NCBI RefSeq assembly: GCF_009914755.1
Contig: NC_060926.1
Reading direction: 5' to 3' (one strand)
Source: the human T2T-CHM13v2.0 reference genome, Homo sapiens
DNA: 64,000 bases
Under the pieces are notes generated by a model. It saw only the letters and a program-made list of their open reading frames with translations, ran no database searches and was not told where the DNA came from. Below, one piece after another: positions 43,442 through 56,480 of the stretch (positions are counted from its first letter, which is position 1; each line of letters opens with the position of its first letter). The position numbers and the translations under genes were made by a program.

Positions 43442-44829
43442 GAGGAGAAGGCCAGTAAGGGCCTGGCCAGTTTCTTCTAGACCCCACCCTATGCTTGGCA
43501 CCCCTAGACACATGGCATGGTCACCATGACCTTCTGGGCAGCCAATCTCTGCCACTTCCTGCTCCCACCAGGTCTTCCCAGATGAGGAGAGTCAGGCTCC
43601 ACCGCATCCTCTGCATCTTTATTCTACCAAACTCCCAAGGAAGGGGGATTTGGTCATTTCTGGAATAATTCTTACTTACGTTGAGAACATGGGTATTTCC
43701 AGAAAATGAATTAAACAGACCAAATCCTTTGAAAAATTTTGCAACAGCCATTTCAGAGCTTCAGTGAACCCCAACAGGCATATGTTAGGGGTTCAGTGAA
43801 GCCAAGAGGAAGCTGTGTCTCCAGGAGAGGTGGGGGCCATGGAACAGCCCTCCACAGCAGGTCTCCTTCCTCACTGTCCAAGTCTTTAATGTAAGACATT
43901 CGAGTGGGTGTATGACCCCCATCACCTCTTTTAACCCCTGCACAGCTAATTTGAGGTGTTGTTTCTGTTTTACAGATGGGAAGCCAAGGCCAGAGGGTGA
44001 AAGAATTGGCCCGAGGTCCCTGGAAAAGTAAACAGAAGAGGTAGGGCCAGGAGAAGGGTCAGGCTGTCCCCAAATCCTACATACTTTGTAGGTGCCACCA
44101 TCCTTCATGAAGCCTTTCATTGTTGGAAACATGATCTTAGAGTCAGGTCAGGGATGGAGAAGACACCAGGCACAAAGATGAACATGTCATGAGCATTATC
44201 TGGAGTTAGCCTCACAGCTCCTGCCTCCGGTGGGAAGGTGCACCCCCAGCTCACAAATGAGGAAGCTGGGATACAGCTTGGTTAAGTGACAAAGGTGGGA
44301 GTCACTCAGAAGCCCCTCCCCTACCGGTGGTTCTGGGGAAAGCAACAAGATGAAACCCAACCAGCCCTTACAGCAATGGGCCTGATACAGCTCAGCAAAA
44401 CATGCCTTCTCCCTGGCCTGGCTGCTGAGCAACTTTCCACCTGCCTGCACCAACACATTGGACCCCAGGGTGTGCTGGGCTCTATGTGGGCACCAAGGAA
44501 GACTGTATCTGCCATAGAAATGCATTTGGCTCACACTGTCCGTATCACACTGATCTCATCTCTCCATCGTACTGAGTCACAATCCATAAAAAAAGTGCTC
44601 AATTCTCATGGGCCCCTGCCCCATCCTTCTTTTCTGTTCAAGCCTCACACCTTGCATCCTGTCTCCACCCCACAACCCACTGCTCTCACCAGGTGTCTCA
44701 CAGCCTCCTAATGACCACTTCCTACTCAGCCCATAGATCTGGGACCCTCCCACTACCCGGGACCCATGCCCTCAACTGTCAATAAGTGTCCGAGAGGATT
44801 AGCCTTCTCTCACATAAATAAAGACCCAT

Positions 44830-45070
44830 AGGTGAGCTGTCCCAAAGCTGCTGTGGTGGCTCCAAGGTTATTAGGGACTCAGCCTCCTTCTACCCTTCTT
44901 CTCTGCCCTTTTTAGTACATGGATTTTCTCCTCTGGTAACCAAATGATCCAAGGTGGCTGTGAGAACTCCAGGCATCACATTCAAGTCCCAAGCAGCAGC
45001 AAGGTGCAAGTGGGGAAAGACAGAAGATTTTCCCAGTAACCCTATCTAATGACATTTGTCTTACTTGCTA
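44830..45070 (-). mobile_element. Old MLT1 (J/K-like) LTR fragment
   Basis: agggactcagcctccttctacc...aaggtggctg...ctccaggcatcacattcaagtcccaagcag. Confidence 0.5.
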
Positions 45071-46302
45071 CTCCTACCCCTGTTGAATTTGACAAATGCT
45101 GAGAAGCTGGGAAATACGGTTTTTCATCTGGGGCTATTGGCTGCTGGGTAGCCTCCTTCTCTCCTTGGGTGCCTTTATCTCCTGGCCATCCCTCCTCTGC
45201 CTTCTCTTTCAATACTGGGGATTTGTGGACCTCTTTCTCTTTTCTTTGCTCAGCCTTTCCCAAGACAATCTCATCCACACTTGTTTCTAGCTATCTTCTC
45301 TTCCCTGTCTCCCTGTAGCTTCTGATGATGGCCCTTAGTCCCTCGGTCTCTGCATGCCTCTGACTGCTAGCCCACCAAGGATGCTTCTCATGGATTGGCT
45401 CTGTGTCTTTGTGAATTCCTCCAGATCTGGTCTTCCCAATGTTGTCTTCCTTGGGGGCCATTGAGACTTCTTAGCAAACACAGCCCTCTAATTGAATGAT
45501 TTTCCAACAGGGCTGTGTTTTTCCTACTGTGACAAATCTATCACTCTCTGCTACCATCCTATGTTTTGCCTCTTGTATGTCAAAGTCAATAGGGGTTGGA
45601 GAGCTGGGAGAGCAGGAACCAATGACACCAAGCCAGTGTCCCCTCTACAGTCATACTTGCTGGCCTGGTGCAGGCCCCACTCAAGGTCAGTGAATTCACC
45701 TGTCCCACTGTGTGCCTCTTTCCTGCAGCGCTCAGCCAGGCAGGGGCAGGTGGGGAGAAAGCAGAGTGAAGGGAGGGCTCACCCAGGAGTGCGGCTTTAC
45801 CAGATTTGCTGGAGGGGAACACAGGTGAGGAAGTTTAGGGTATGGGAAAACAAGCATGAAGGATTGTAGCAAGAAACATAAGAGGAATGCCAGGGTCTCA
45901 TCCTCCTGGGTCAGGAGGAACAAGAGGGCAGAAAGGGGCTGCTGCCTTGGGAGGATGTAGAGGGATGAGATCTGAGGTCCCAAGATGGACAGCCGTGTGG
46001 GAGGAGGGAAGCTTTAAGCACAGAGTGGAGGGAGTTATTTTGAAGTGAAGAGTTCCCAGTAATAGCAAGGTTCCTGACTGATGTGGGTCATGAGCCGGCT
46101 GACCTGAACCCCCAGAGATGGTCCCCAGAGAAAACATCAAGGAAGACAGAGGCCAGCAGCCAGTGTGTATCAGATAGGTCATCAAGATGAATGTTGACAC
46201 CATAAAGAACAAGTGGAAAGCAGATCTGGAGGCAGGTGCATTCCTCGGGTGTCAAAGTTACAGGTTGGGCCACCAGAGGTCCCAGCCACCGGAAGGGCCA
46301 CG

Positions 46303-46378
46303 GGCGGTGGAGCAAGGCCCCAGCAGAGCTTTGACTAGAGGTGGTGGAGCAAGGCCCCAGCAGAGCTCTGACTAGAGG
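46303..46378 (+). repeat. 37-bp tandem duplication
   Basis: ggYggtggagcaaggccccagcagagctYtgactaga x2, two mismatches. Confidence 0.95.
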
Positions 46379-46719
46379 ACACACAAGGGGGGCCAGGAGG
46401 CAGCAGTGGGGCAAGGACACCAAGCCCCTTTTCTCCCCTGGGGGAGAAGACAGCTGCTGTGAGGACAGCTGCCCCATGACAGGAGGGAAGGGGCATTTCC
46501 GTAACGGGGAGCAGTAAGAGCCAGGGTACAGAGGTGGCTGGAAGCCCGAGACTGCAGCTGAGGCTGGGGCACACGGCTGAGGATGGAAGGGTCCACGCTG
46601 TAGGAGCAGGGGCTTCATGCTGTAGGTGACACCCCAGTTCTGGCACATGAGAAGCACTTTTAAAGGTTTTCTAAATGAAGAAGTGATGGACCTTTAAACA
46701 AGGGAGCCACGAAGAAACG

Positions 46720-47180
46720 CCCAGACTGATAATGAGCCCCTCAACGGGGAGGTGGAGGGTGTGTGAGGCGGCCGAGGCCGTGCGGGGCGTTAGGAAACAG
46801 GGCACAACGCGAAGCAGGAGGCACCGAGGGCCACAGGGAGCACAGAGTAGGGACGCTGAGGAAGGGAAGAGCTGGGGCAACGACCAGAAAGCATCGGTGG
46901 AATTTGACATTGAACGTGAGGGTGAGAAACACAGACTCAAAAAGGGCCCCACTTCCGGATTGAGCAGTTTCACAGGACTGCTGGGAGCCAGGCCTGCTCA
47001 GGCGCTCTGGAAAGGGCTGAGGGTCGGTGTGCTGTGTGCGCATACCCACGCCCACACCTTGGCCAGACCACGCCCACACCACGGCCAGGCCACGCCCTGC
47101 GGGTCTCGGACCGCTCACCTGGAACCTGCCGCCAGGTCCAGCTGATCTCAGGCTAGGTCGGACAGTGGGTCCGCGTCTAG
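46720..47180. promoter_or_regulatory. CpG-rich patch with ETS and KLF/Sp motifs (candidate enhancer or promoter)
   Basis: Locally dense CpG; CACTTCCGG at 46950-46958; CCACGCCC at 47046, 47068 and 47090. Confidence 0.45.
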
Positions 47181-47385
47181 GTTCCCTTCTAATGAAGCAC
47201 TGCTTTTGGTTCCAAACCACACATCTTCCAACTGGAATGAGGATCCCACGGGGATCAGAAGGCTTAACTATCAAAATTATAGAAACCAGACAGAGGAGTT
47301 TAAGTTGATCATATGGGAAAAGAAGCCAATGAGTGCTCTGGGGCACGATACAGAAGGTGAATATACCACTCTGGGGTCTGGGCTC

Positions 47386-47805
47386 TGTATTAGGCTTTTC
47401 TCACACTGCTATAAAGAAATACTTGTTACTGAGTAATTTATAAAGAAATGAGGTTTAATTGGCTCAGGGTTCTGCAGGCTGTACAGAAAGCATAGAGGTT
47501 TCTCCTTGCTTCTGGGGAGGCTTCAGGAAACTTCCAATCATGGCAGAAGGAGAAGGGGGAGCCAGGTGCCTCACATAGTGTGAGCTGGAGCAAGGGTTGG
47601 GGGAAGTGCTATACACTTTTAAACAACCAGATCTCATGAGAACTCATTTATTATCAAGGGGACAGTACTAAGGGGGATGTTCCTAAACCATTAATAAGAA
47701 ACCACCCGCATGATCCAATTCACCTCCCACCAGGCCCCACCTCCACCATTGGGTATTACAATTAGACATGAGATTTGGGCGGGGACACATATCCAAACCA
47801 TATCA
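47386..47805 (-). mobile_element. MSTA solo LTR
   Basis: tgtattaggcttttctcacactgctataaagaaatac...atccaaaccatatca; exact TSD ggctc on both sides. Confidence 0.93.
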
Positions 47806-50324
47806 GGCTCTGAGAAGTGAATTTTTTAAAAATGTGTAAAATCTTTGCACCTGTCCCTCAAAAACAACAGGCTAATGGCAAATGCCACATGGGATTTCAT
47901 GTGAAGGGCTGTTCCTGGGAAGCCTCAGGTGGCCAAGTTAGAACCAAGAGCTTTGGACCCAGGACCACCTGGGTTCAAAATCGCAGCTCCTCTGCTGGGT
48001 CGCTGCGGGCCGTCCTTGCACTTACCTGTTGAGTTCAGTGTCTACATTTGTAAAGGAGGTCAGTACCTCCTTTGTTGGGTTGCACCAACCAAAGGTTGCA
48101 CCTCTTGGTTGTCCTGGAAATAAAAGAGAGGCTGTTTGTAAAGGCCTGGCATGATGCAGGCACTCTCAGGTGTGGAGACTTCCAGGAGGCAGAAGTGGGT
48201 GTAGCTAAAGGGCTCTGGGAATCCTGCCTGGAGGCTGTGGAATGTGAGGCCCACTAACCTTACTTGGAGACTGGAAAGACTGGAAGGCATTCAAATCACA
48301 GAACTGGGGAGCAAAGGAGTGGAATTGTGGTGGCCTGCCCCGGAGTGGGTCAAGCAGGGAAAATTTTCTTCCAGGTTTCTGTTGGATAAACCCACCTAAG
48401 TTCCTCTCCATCAGCCAGTCCATCGGGCCTACTCTGAGATCCTCTGCCCTGGACCCTCACAGGCAAGAGGGGAGGACAATTCTCCCCCCTCTGGCCTGTT
48501 TCCTTGTCTTCTGCAGATCCCTGATTCTACAGTGAGGACAAATCACAGACTCAGGAAAGGGATGAAGACTTGTCGATATTTGTCCGGTGAAATTCAAGTG
48601 GAGGCTTCAGGCCACTGTGTTGCATGCATCTCCTCTGCAGGAGAGCACAAAATGCCCAGTCCGTCAGAGCATGCTCATTTCCCAGCCCTCAGCAGCAGTC
48701 CTGAGAGCTCCCGTACAGTAATATATTTATACGAATTAACATAGCTGCTATATGTGTGCCCTGGTAACACGTAGGATCTGTGATAGCCACATCACGCTAT
48801 CTATTTTTATCCTCCCTGCACCTCTATGCTGTAGCGTGCACCTCTATCCACTTGGCTAACCAGAAAACTGAGGCTTAAGAAGGGGAAGTGACTTGCCAGG
48901 GGGACATGGCTAGTGAGTCTGGAAGTGAGACAGACAGCTCTAATACCAGAACTTGGGCTCTTGCTGTTATACCAGGAGGCTTTAGGAAGAGAAGGAAACT
49001 CCTACCCCAAATGAAGGTGAAGGAAGATTCCCTGGTCACATCACCCTCTAACCTTGCTTGAGCATAGGCTGGGCCTAGGCCTGCAGAGAGAAGCAGAGGG
49101 AAAACCCCCTTCCTCAAGGAGCTCCAAATTAGAGGAAGGCCTGGAGGCAGAGTGAAACCTGCATACAAGGCAGCATCCCAGGAAATGGGATGGAAATCAG
49201 CCAGGAAAAGCAAGGAAAAGGGCAGGCAAGAGCTACACTCTGGTAAGATGTGAGCAGTCCAGGACTCAGGCAGAGACAAATGCCAAGACCTGCTCCAATG
49301 GTGCCAGGCAAGCCTGTCACCTCCTTGGGCCTCACTGAGATCCGTGTATCCTCCATACATGCACATCAATGCCAACCTTTGCAGGGTTATGGGAAGGATT
49401 AGGAGATAATGTGTGCCCAGCATCTACAGCAGAGCCTGACACACAGCGGTGGTCGCTAAGGGGAACTATTGACCCACTACACACAACATCACTGCTCCCA
49501 GCAAACACACATACTTACTCGCACATGCACATACGCACACAAACACACACATGCACACAGTGCACCTGCATCCACACACTAACACACGGTCACTCATACA
49601 CGCACACACACACCTGCACATATGCACACACACCCTAGAAGAATCAGTCTGTCTTAGATCCCAAGATCTCTTCTGACTTTATAATTCTTGGTATTCCTGT
49701 TGGCCATGGTAGGTGGCTTAGTGTGGTGGGAGGGGGCAAACAGAAAACAGGAGTGCTATGGGAGGCTGGCTTATATAGTTTTGAGGTCTTCTCAAAGCCC
49801 CTTTCTCCGGGCTCCCTGGTGACACATGGACAGTGGTTGTCATTAGTACCACTGGCCGTTTTTCCAGGTTGCCACGTTTCCGAGCCCAAGGCAGATGGCA
49901 CTTCCAAGCCCCTTGTGGTTGGGGCAGGTGGGGCTATGTTACTAGCTCTGTCCAGTGAGCTGTGAGCAGAAGGGATATGCCAAGTTTCTCTCCAGAACCC
50001 TGCTCTGTTGTGACACAGGCAGGCTGCATTGGACTTGGTCTGCTTTGTCAGCTGCACACAAGTGACGGTAATGAGCAGAGCTCCTGCTGACCACAATGCC
50101 CTGAAGTGCAAATGAGAAATAAACTGTCCAAGTTTTGAGCCACTGGTCTGTGGGTCGCCGTGACACCACCTGAGCTAGCTTGTCCTCACTGAAGAAGATT
50201 TGTCTGTCCTGCTGTAGGCACTGTGAGCTTCCAGCACATTCTGGAGCCAGCCTTGTTCTGGGTATCCATCCAACCATCTCACATTTCTTCAGTTTTCCAT
50301 TTGATGGATACTCTGGTTTTCCTC

Positions 50325-51290
50325 ATTCATTCATTTTAACAAACCCTCCAGAAGGCCGTCTCTGTGTCAGGCCTCCTGCAGGGCAACAAAGGAGAAATAT
50401 GTCTTGCCCTGCCTTCAGGACATGCCCTGTCTTCTGTGGGGGACCAGAAACAGGTCAGTGCTGCACCAGAGGGACGAGGGGAGCCCAGGGGAGAGCACCT
50501 AACACACTAGCTGTCTAGGCAGCTTCCTGGAAAAAGTGATGACTTAGTTGATTCCTGAAACCTGAGAAAGTATTGGACAGAAAAAGAGGAACGGTATGTT
50601 CAAGGCAAGTGCAAAGGTAGGGGAGAGAACATGGCAAATTATAGGAGTACCTGTGTGTCCGTCTATTGTGTGTGCAGGCGCTGCTCATGTGCACATGTGT
50701 GGGTGTGGACACAAGTGTGTGCCTGTGTGAGTGCTTTGCAGATGTAGCACAGGCGGTAGAGGGAGGCAGCTGTGTGACCAGAGTTGAGACTAAAGACTTG
50801 ATCAGGAGCAGCCAGGGACGGTGGCTCAGGCCTATAATCCCAGCACTTTGGGAGGCCAAGGCAGGTGGATCACTTGAGACCAGGAGTTTGAGACCACCGT
50901 GGCCAGCTACTCAGGGAGGCTGAGGCACAAGAATCCTTTAAACCCGGGAGGAGGTTGCAGCGAGCCGAGATTGCCTCACTGCACTCCAGCCTAGGTGAAG
51001 AGGAAGACCCTGTCTCAAAAAAAAAAAGAAAGAAAAGAAAAAAGAAAGAACGGAAGAAAGAAATGAAAAGAAGGAAGGAAGAAGGAAAGAAAGAAGAAAA
51101 GACAAAACAAGACTTCAAGACGTCATAGCCTTGATCACTTGATCAGGGGCAATTCATGCTAAGGGGTTTAATTGATCCCAGAAGGCACTGGGGAGCCATA
51201 GAAGGTTTAGGCAGGATGAGTGGCCAAGATCGGTTTCTGCTTTGCTCTCTGGCTGCAGGCACAGAGGCAAGTCCTGAGGCTGTTGTAACA
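50325..51290 (-). mobile_element. L2 fragment interrupted by an Alu
   Basis: cattcattcatt...tctgtgtcaggcc...ttgccctgccttcagga...ggcagcttcctggaaaaagtga; resumes ggcactgggagccatagaaggttt. Confidence 0.55.
50810..51105 (+). mobile_element. Internally deleted Alu with long (GAAA/GGAA)n tail
   Basis: Left arm joins right arm at gagaccaccgtggccagctactc; A-rich linker absent. Confidence 0.92.
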
Positions 51291-51559
51291 ACACTGAATG
51301 AAGGTGCCCCACCTAGCCAGTGCAGAGCTGGGAAGAGGGAGGGATGGAGTCCCCAAGAGTCCTGCAGGAGCAGAGAAGGATGCAGGAGGAGGCGTCTCTA
51401 TGGGGCAGGTGGGTGTCTTGGGGATGGGGCACGTGGCCTCAGTAAGAACATGAAGCCAGGAGAAGGGCAGGACTGGGGACCACCATAAGCCAGGCACGGC
51501 TCCCCCCTGGGTTCAGTCAGCCTGAGAGGCACACTGAGGACCTCACTTCAGGGCCACAC

Positions 51560-52660
51560 AGCCCAGTTTCATCCCAGGCGCCTGCGAGTTTCCCGGAGAC
51601 AACCACAGGGAGTGTGCCGCGATTAATTCCCGAGTGTGGTCACTCTGGACAAAGCCATTGGGAGTAGAAAGGGCAGCACACCTATACCCATTGTACAGCG
51701 GGGAAAGCGGGCAAGGGGTCGCTCACAGACCCCTTCGTGCCCCGGCCCCGCCCTGGCCCCGCCCCAGCCCCGCCCAGGCCCCGCCCCAGCCCCGCCCAGG
51801 CGCTTGGCCAGCTCTCCCCGCCCCCGCCTCACCCCAGCGGTCTGTCCCAGTGCCAGTACACTTTCTGCTCTCCCAGCCGGGCACCTTCGGGCTTAGGGAT
51901 CCCTTGGAGGGAAGCCCGCCGGGAAGCTGAAGACAGTGGTCACCGCCCTCGGTCATTACTTCCCGGGACCCGGACCCTAACCCTGCGCCACATCTCCACC
52001 CGCCCCCAGCCGTGTCCTGGCTGCGCAGCTGGAAAGGTTGAGCAGCTCACTGCTGTCCCTCTGTTCGGCCTTGGACACATCGCCTGAACTCCTGGGCGCC
52101 TCTGCTGTTAAGTGGGGGACAGCACTATTTACTGGGGAGGAAAACTCCAGGAATGTGGACCCTGGGGCCACGCAGGGGTTGGGAAGTGAAGGGCAGGGAA
52201 CGCGGGCGGCGCCCGGGGTCTGCGGGTAGGCAGGCGGCCTGGCCGCGGAGGCTTCCCCGAGTCCTGCGCCTTCCTAGAGAGGGAGGGGTTCATATCGGCT
52301 GGCACAGCCACCACGGGTACCGAAACTTGGGGACGTGCCCGACCATGCCTCCTCCGGTGGCCCCGGGGCCACCCCGCATTGCTTAGAAGTCTCGCTTCCC
52401 GTTCCTCCTCTCTGGTTCAGCTCATTACTCTTCCGGTGACCCTGGGTATGCCACGCTTATTCTCCAGGCCTCAGTTTCCCCATCTGTGCTGTGAGGAGTG
52501 GAAGGAACGGGATGACTAGGAGCCTTTTAAGACCGAGTATTCGAGGTTCTTTCCGGCCCCGCGGAGCCAGGAGGTGCCAGCCGAGATGCGCGTGCCGCGC
52601 GCGCCCTCCAGTGCCCGGTTCCCGCTTCTGCACGGTCCTCGCTGGGCAAGGGCGTCCCAA
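51560..52660. promoter_or_regulatory. CpG island with GC-box cluster (candidate promoter)
   Basis: High GC and CpG density in non-repeat DNA; CCCCGCCC at 51746, 51757, 51768, 51779, 51790 and 51816. Confidence 0.8.
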
Positions 52661-52917
52661 GAAAGGAGGAAAGGAAGAACTCCATACATTGTCATTATTG
52701 TGAACTGATGAACAAAAGAGTCAATAGGGAAGGGAATGGGTAAATAAACCTCAGAATGAAGAAATAATAGGAGAGTGGTCATGAGTGCGCCAGCGCATGA
52801 ATGAATGGACTCAAAATGAATGCACGCACAGAGTAAATGAGCCTTGCCTGTGACCATTTTCAAACATGTCATTTCTAACAAAAGTCACACAGCAGATAAG
52901 ACTGTGTCTATGGATGA

Positions 52918-53291
<374 letters not shown>

Positions 53292-56164
53292 CCAAGTCCT
53301 CCCTTTATTTCGTACCTCTGCATCAACTTTTCCTCTACTGGAAAGCCCCCTCCCAACTCATGTGGCTGCCCTTCCTTATCCTTGAATTGGGGCATGACCA
53401 GCCCTGTGGGTTCAGCCACTTCATCCCTTCCTGGGGATCCCTGCTGAGGAACTTCCGTATCATCAGGGTCACACCCTCTATGCATCTCTCCCTCCAAGCC
53501 TTATTCCCCACCACCACCAGGACATCTAATGGGCACATCCCCAGCGTCTTAGGTGTTTGGCACATAAGAGGTGCTCAGGACGTAGCTGAGGAACAAAGGT
53601 AGTAAAGAGGGCAGTTTGCCAGTGACCCGCCCACATAGAAGCTGCTGCTCCCTGGAGTGAGCTCCCACTCTCGGCCCCATCCACCTGCCCTAAAGCTGAT
53701 AGCTAGAATCCCTGGTCCCAGGACAGGACAGGAGAGCAAGGCGTGGGGAGAGCCAGAGGCACAGGATCCCAGCCAGGAGAGTCCAGCTGGGGCCATTGGG
53801 ACTGGCAGCTTTGCCCACCCTCATACTGACAGTGTTAGGGGTGGTGCTGGGGGAGATGCCAGTTAGTAAACAGGAGCCCATTCCTCCCCAACTGGCCTCA
53901 CCATGATTCCCCCAGGCTGGGCCTCACCTGGGACAGCTGGTTCAAGGAGCTGTGTTAATTAGCTTTGATGGTAATCACAGAGCAGCAGCACAGGGTGGTG
54001 CTTTCAGCCTCCAGTGATAACAGCATGACCTCCCTCCTCCCCAGGTCCTGGCAATCTACTTCCCCACTCCCTTTGTTCAGGGAGCCTGCGGATTTCAATA
54101 CAGCACAATTAAAGGGGCTAAAAATAGTGTCTGATTCCAGAAGGGCTTCTTCGCTGTGACCCGACAATGTCTCTGCTGATCAAAGCAGGGGCAAGGAGGC
54201 CCTGATAGCTCATTTTCTCCTCCTTATCTGTGTAGTCAGATCTGTTTCATCTCTGCTGTCCGGCAGGCACCATCGGTCGCCTCAATTTTCTGGTTATTGC
54301 CCTTTCTGAATGTGCACACAGGAGGGGAAGACATGCCAAATCACCGGGCTTCATTTAACCAATCATCGCGGTGCCTTGGGTGGCGACAGCCCCTCGGGCA
54401 GGCCTCAGGAGCAGCTCTTGGGTGAAGCAGACAGGCTAGCTGGGAGGCTGGAGACCTGGTCTCCTCACTGGACCAGGCACTCATTGTGTGGCCTCACCAA
54501 TCCCAGGGAGGCCCTGAGAGTTGCTTCTCACCAGCAGGATGGGGAACCAGAGTGCGGACTTGGAGGGCCATGCAGTGGCTGTGCAGTAGCTGGGGAGAGC
54601 AGGGAGCCAGTGGCATTGTTTCTACAAACCTGTAGGCTGCTCCTCCACTCAGCCCCTCGTGGTGTACTCCATGTGTCCCAAGCCCAAAAACCCATGTCCT
54701 GAGACAGTAAACTTCTCCTCTTTTTTAAGGATGAAATATCTGCAGCTGGATGGGGACTGGAACCAGGGCCACCTGGCCCCAGAGCCCAGATTTTCCAGTA
54801 TGTAAATGTCTATTTCCTCCTGCAACCATACAGCCTCCAATAGTCTCCCTAAAATGCCAGCGGGTCTCTCTTTGAATTCCTCCAGGGTTGTATGGTATTA
54901 ATGGTATACCATATAATGGAAGGAGGGCAGCTCCTTCCATTAATGGTTCAATGGATAAGACTCCTTCTTAGCAAATGGTTCTTTATGTGGAGCTGAGAAC
55001 TGTCTGCTTGTAACGTCAACTGAGAGCGCCCATTTCACCCTCAAGACCACGTGGTGAGTCTACTCCTGTCACTCACGGTGACCCTGTAAGTAGTAGATAG
55101 CCACTGCCTGTCTCCCCTCCCCTGCACCCCTCCAAGTTCAGCACCCCAGGTCCCTTCGTGGGCCCCCAGTGTTAATGTCTCACCCCTCTCAGCACCTACT
55201 TTGTCCCACAAGAATTGATTTCTCTTTTCAAGCAGGGAGTCAGGATGGCTGGACTCCCAGTGAGAAAGCCATCTCCTCTGTAGTGAATGCTGCAAAATCC
55301 TTGGTCATTTTCTGTCCCAGCTCTCATGTCCCAGTGACACACACTGTTCCCAACATCAAGCTAGGGAAGGGATAATCCTTCTCCAGCACCTTCCTTCTTC
55401 CAAAGCCCCGCCTCCAGTTTCCACCTGCCTTTGGCCACTCTCCCATGCCTCCCTACAGTTGCTTTCAATGCTGTGTGCAGAGTCACCTGTGGCAGCGTGT
55501 GTAACAGGAGCTACTCAACCCTTGCCAATAGGAGGGCCTGCACCTGCCTTCAGTCATCAGTTTTCTTCTCCTAACCCAGCCTTCAGTCTGAGCACCCCAA
55601 TTGATCATCACACATGTTACATCATCTCTCCAGGTAACTGGTTCCAGGAATAATGACAGGTGAAGTGCCCCATTTCCTCCACCACCACTACTACCACCCA
55701 TGTCTAAAATAAGAACCAAGCCTTTTCTCTCTCATCGTTTTAAAATGTAATTGACAGAAATTCCACGGTAGCACCTATGCCAGCCAAAAGTGTCTCAACA
55801 CGGGAGACACCAAGCGGTCTCACCCTATAAAAACCTGTTCCCTCACCCATCCCCAACCTGAACAGGAGCCTTGGAATGCTGGTTCCCCGTCCAACGCCAC
55901 TGTCCAGCACTACATGGCAGCCAAGACTCTCCCAGCCCCAACCTGTGAGCCCCAACCACCTCCTCCAGCAGTGGCCCCACAGTGAGTGAAGGTCCTGAGG
56001 TCCCACCCCAGCCTCTGGAAAGCCAGAGCCCACAACAGCTGCAGTCCTGCTCAGCCCTCCTGGTTCACCAGGCAGATGCATCATTAGAACCTTCTGGGGC
56101 CTAGAAGTGCAGGGGTAGGGGCAGGGTGCTTCTCCTTTTTGGGCCAACAAAACTCACTTCTTAC

Positions 56165-56340
56165 TCTGGCAGATACTGAGATGCATTACCCAGACCCCCT
56201 TCAAGAAAGGACTCACTGCTCAGCAGCACAAGGAGTGTGTTCCCTGGCACTCAGATGCTAACTCCTTCAGGCGCTTCAGTTTTCAAAGCAGTCATATTTC
56301 TCTGGGTCATCCATGGCCAATAACTGAATATGCCAGGGGC
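56165..56340 (+). mobile_element. LTR16-like (ERV-L) fragment
   Basis: tggcagatactgagatgcattacccagacccccttcaag resembles the LTR16 5' end. Confidence 0.45.
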
Positions 56341-56373
56341 TTGAGGGCCTGGCCATGTCCCCAGCACAGACCT

Positions 56374-56480
56374 GGATCAGGCAGGAGCCAGGACAGGCAG
56401 GAGCCAGGACAGGCAGGACCCGGGACAGGCAGGACCCGGGAAAGGCAGGACCTGGGACAGGCAGGACCTGGGACAGGCAG
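56374..56480 (+). repeat. 16-bp GC-rich minisatellite, ~6.5 copies
   Basis: Unit ggacaggcagga(gcca/cccg/cctg). Confidence 0.92.

Noticed and set aside
56374-56480. Repeat array as CRISPR
   Set aside because: Abutting units with no spacers, no cas genes, eukaryotic context
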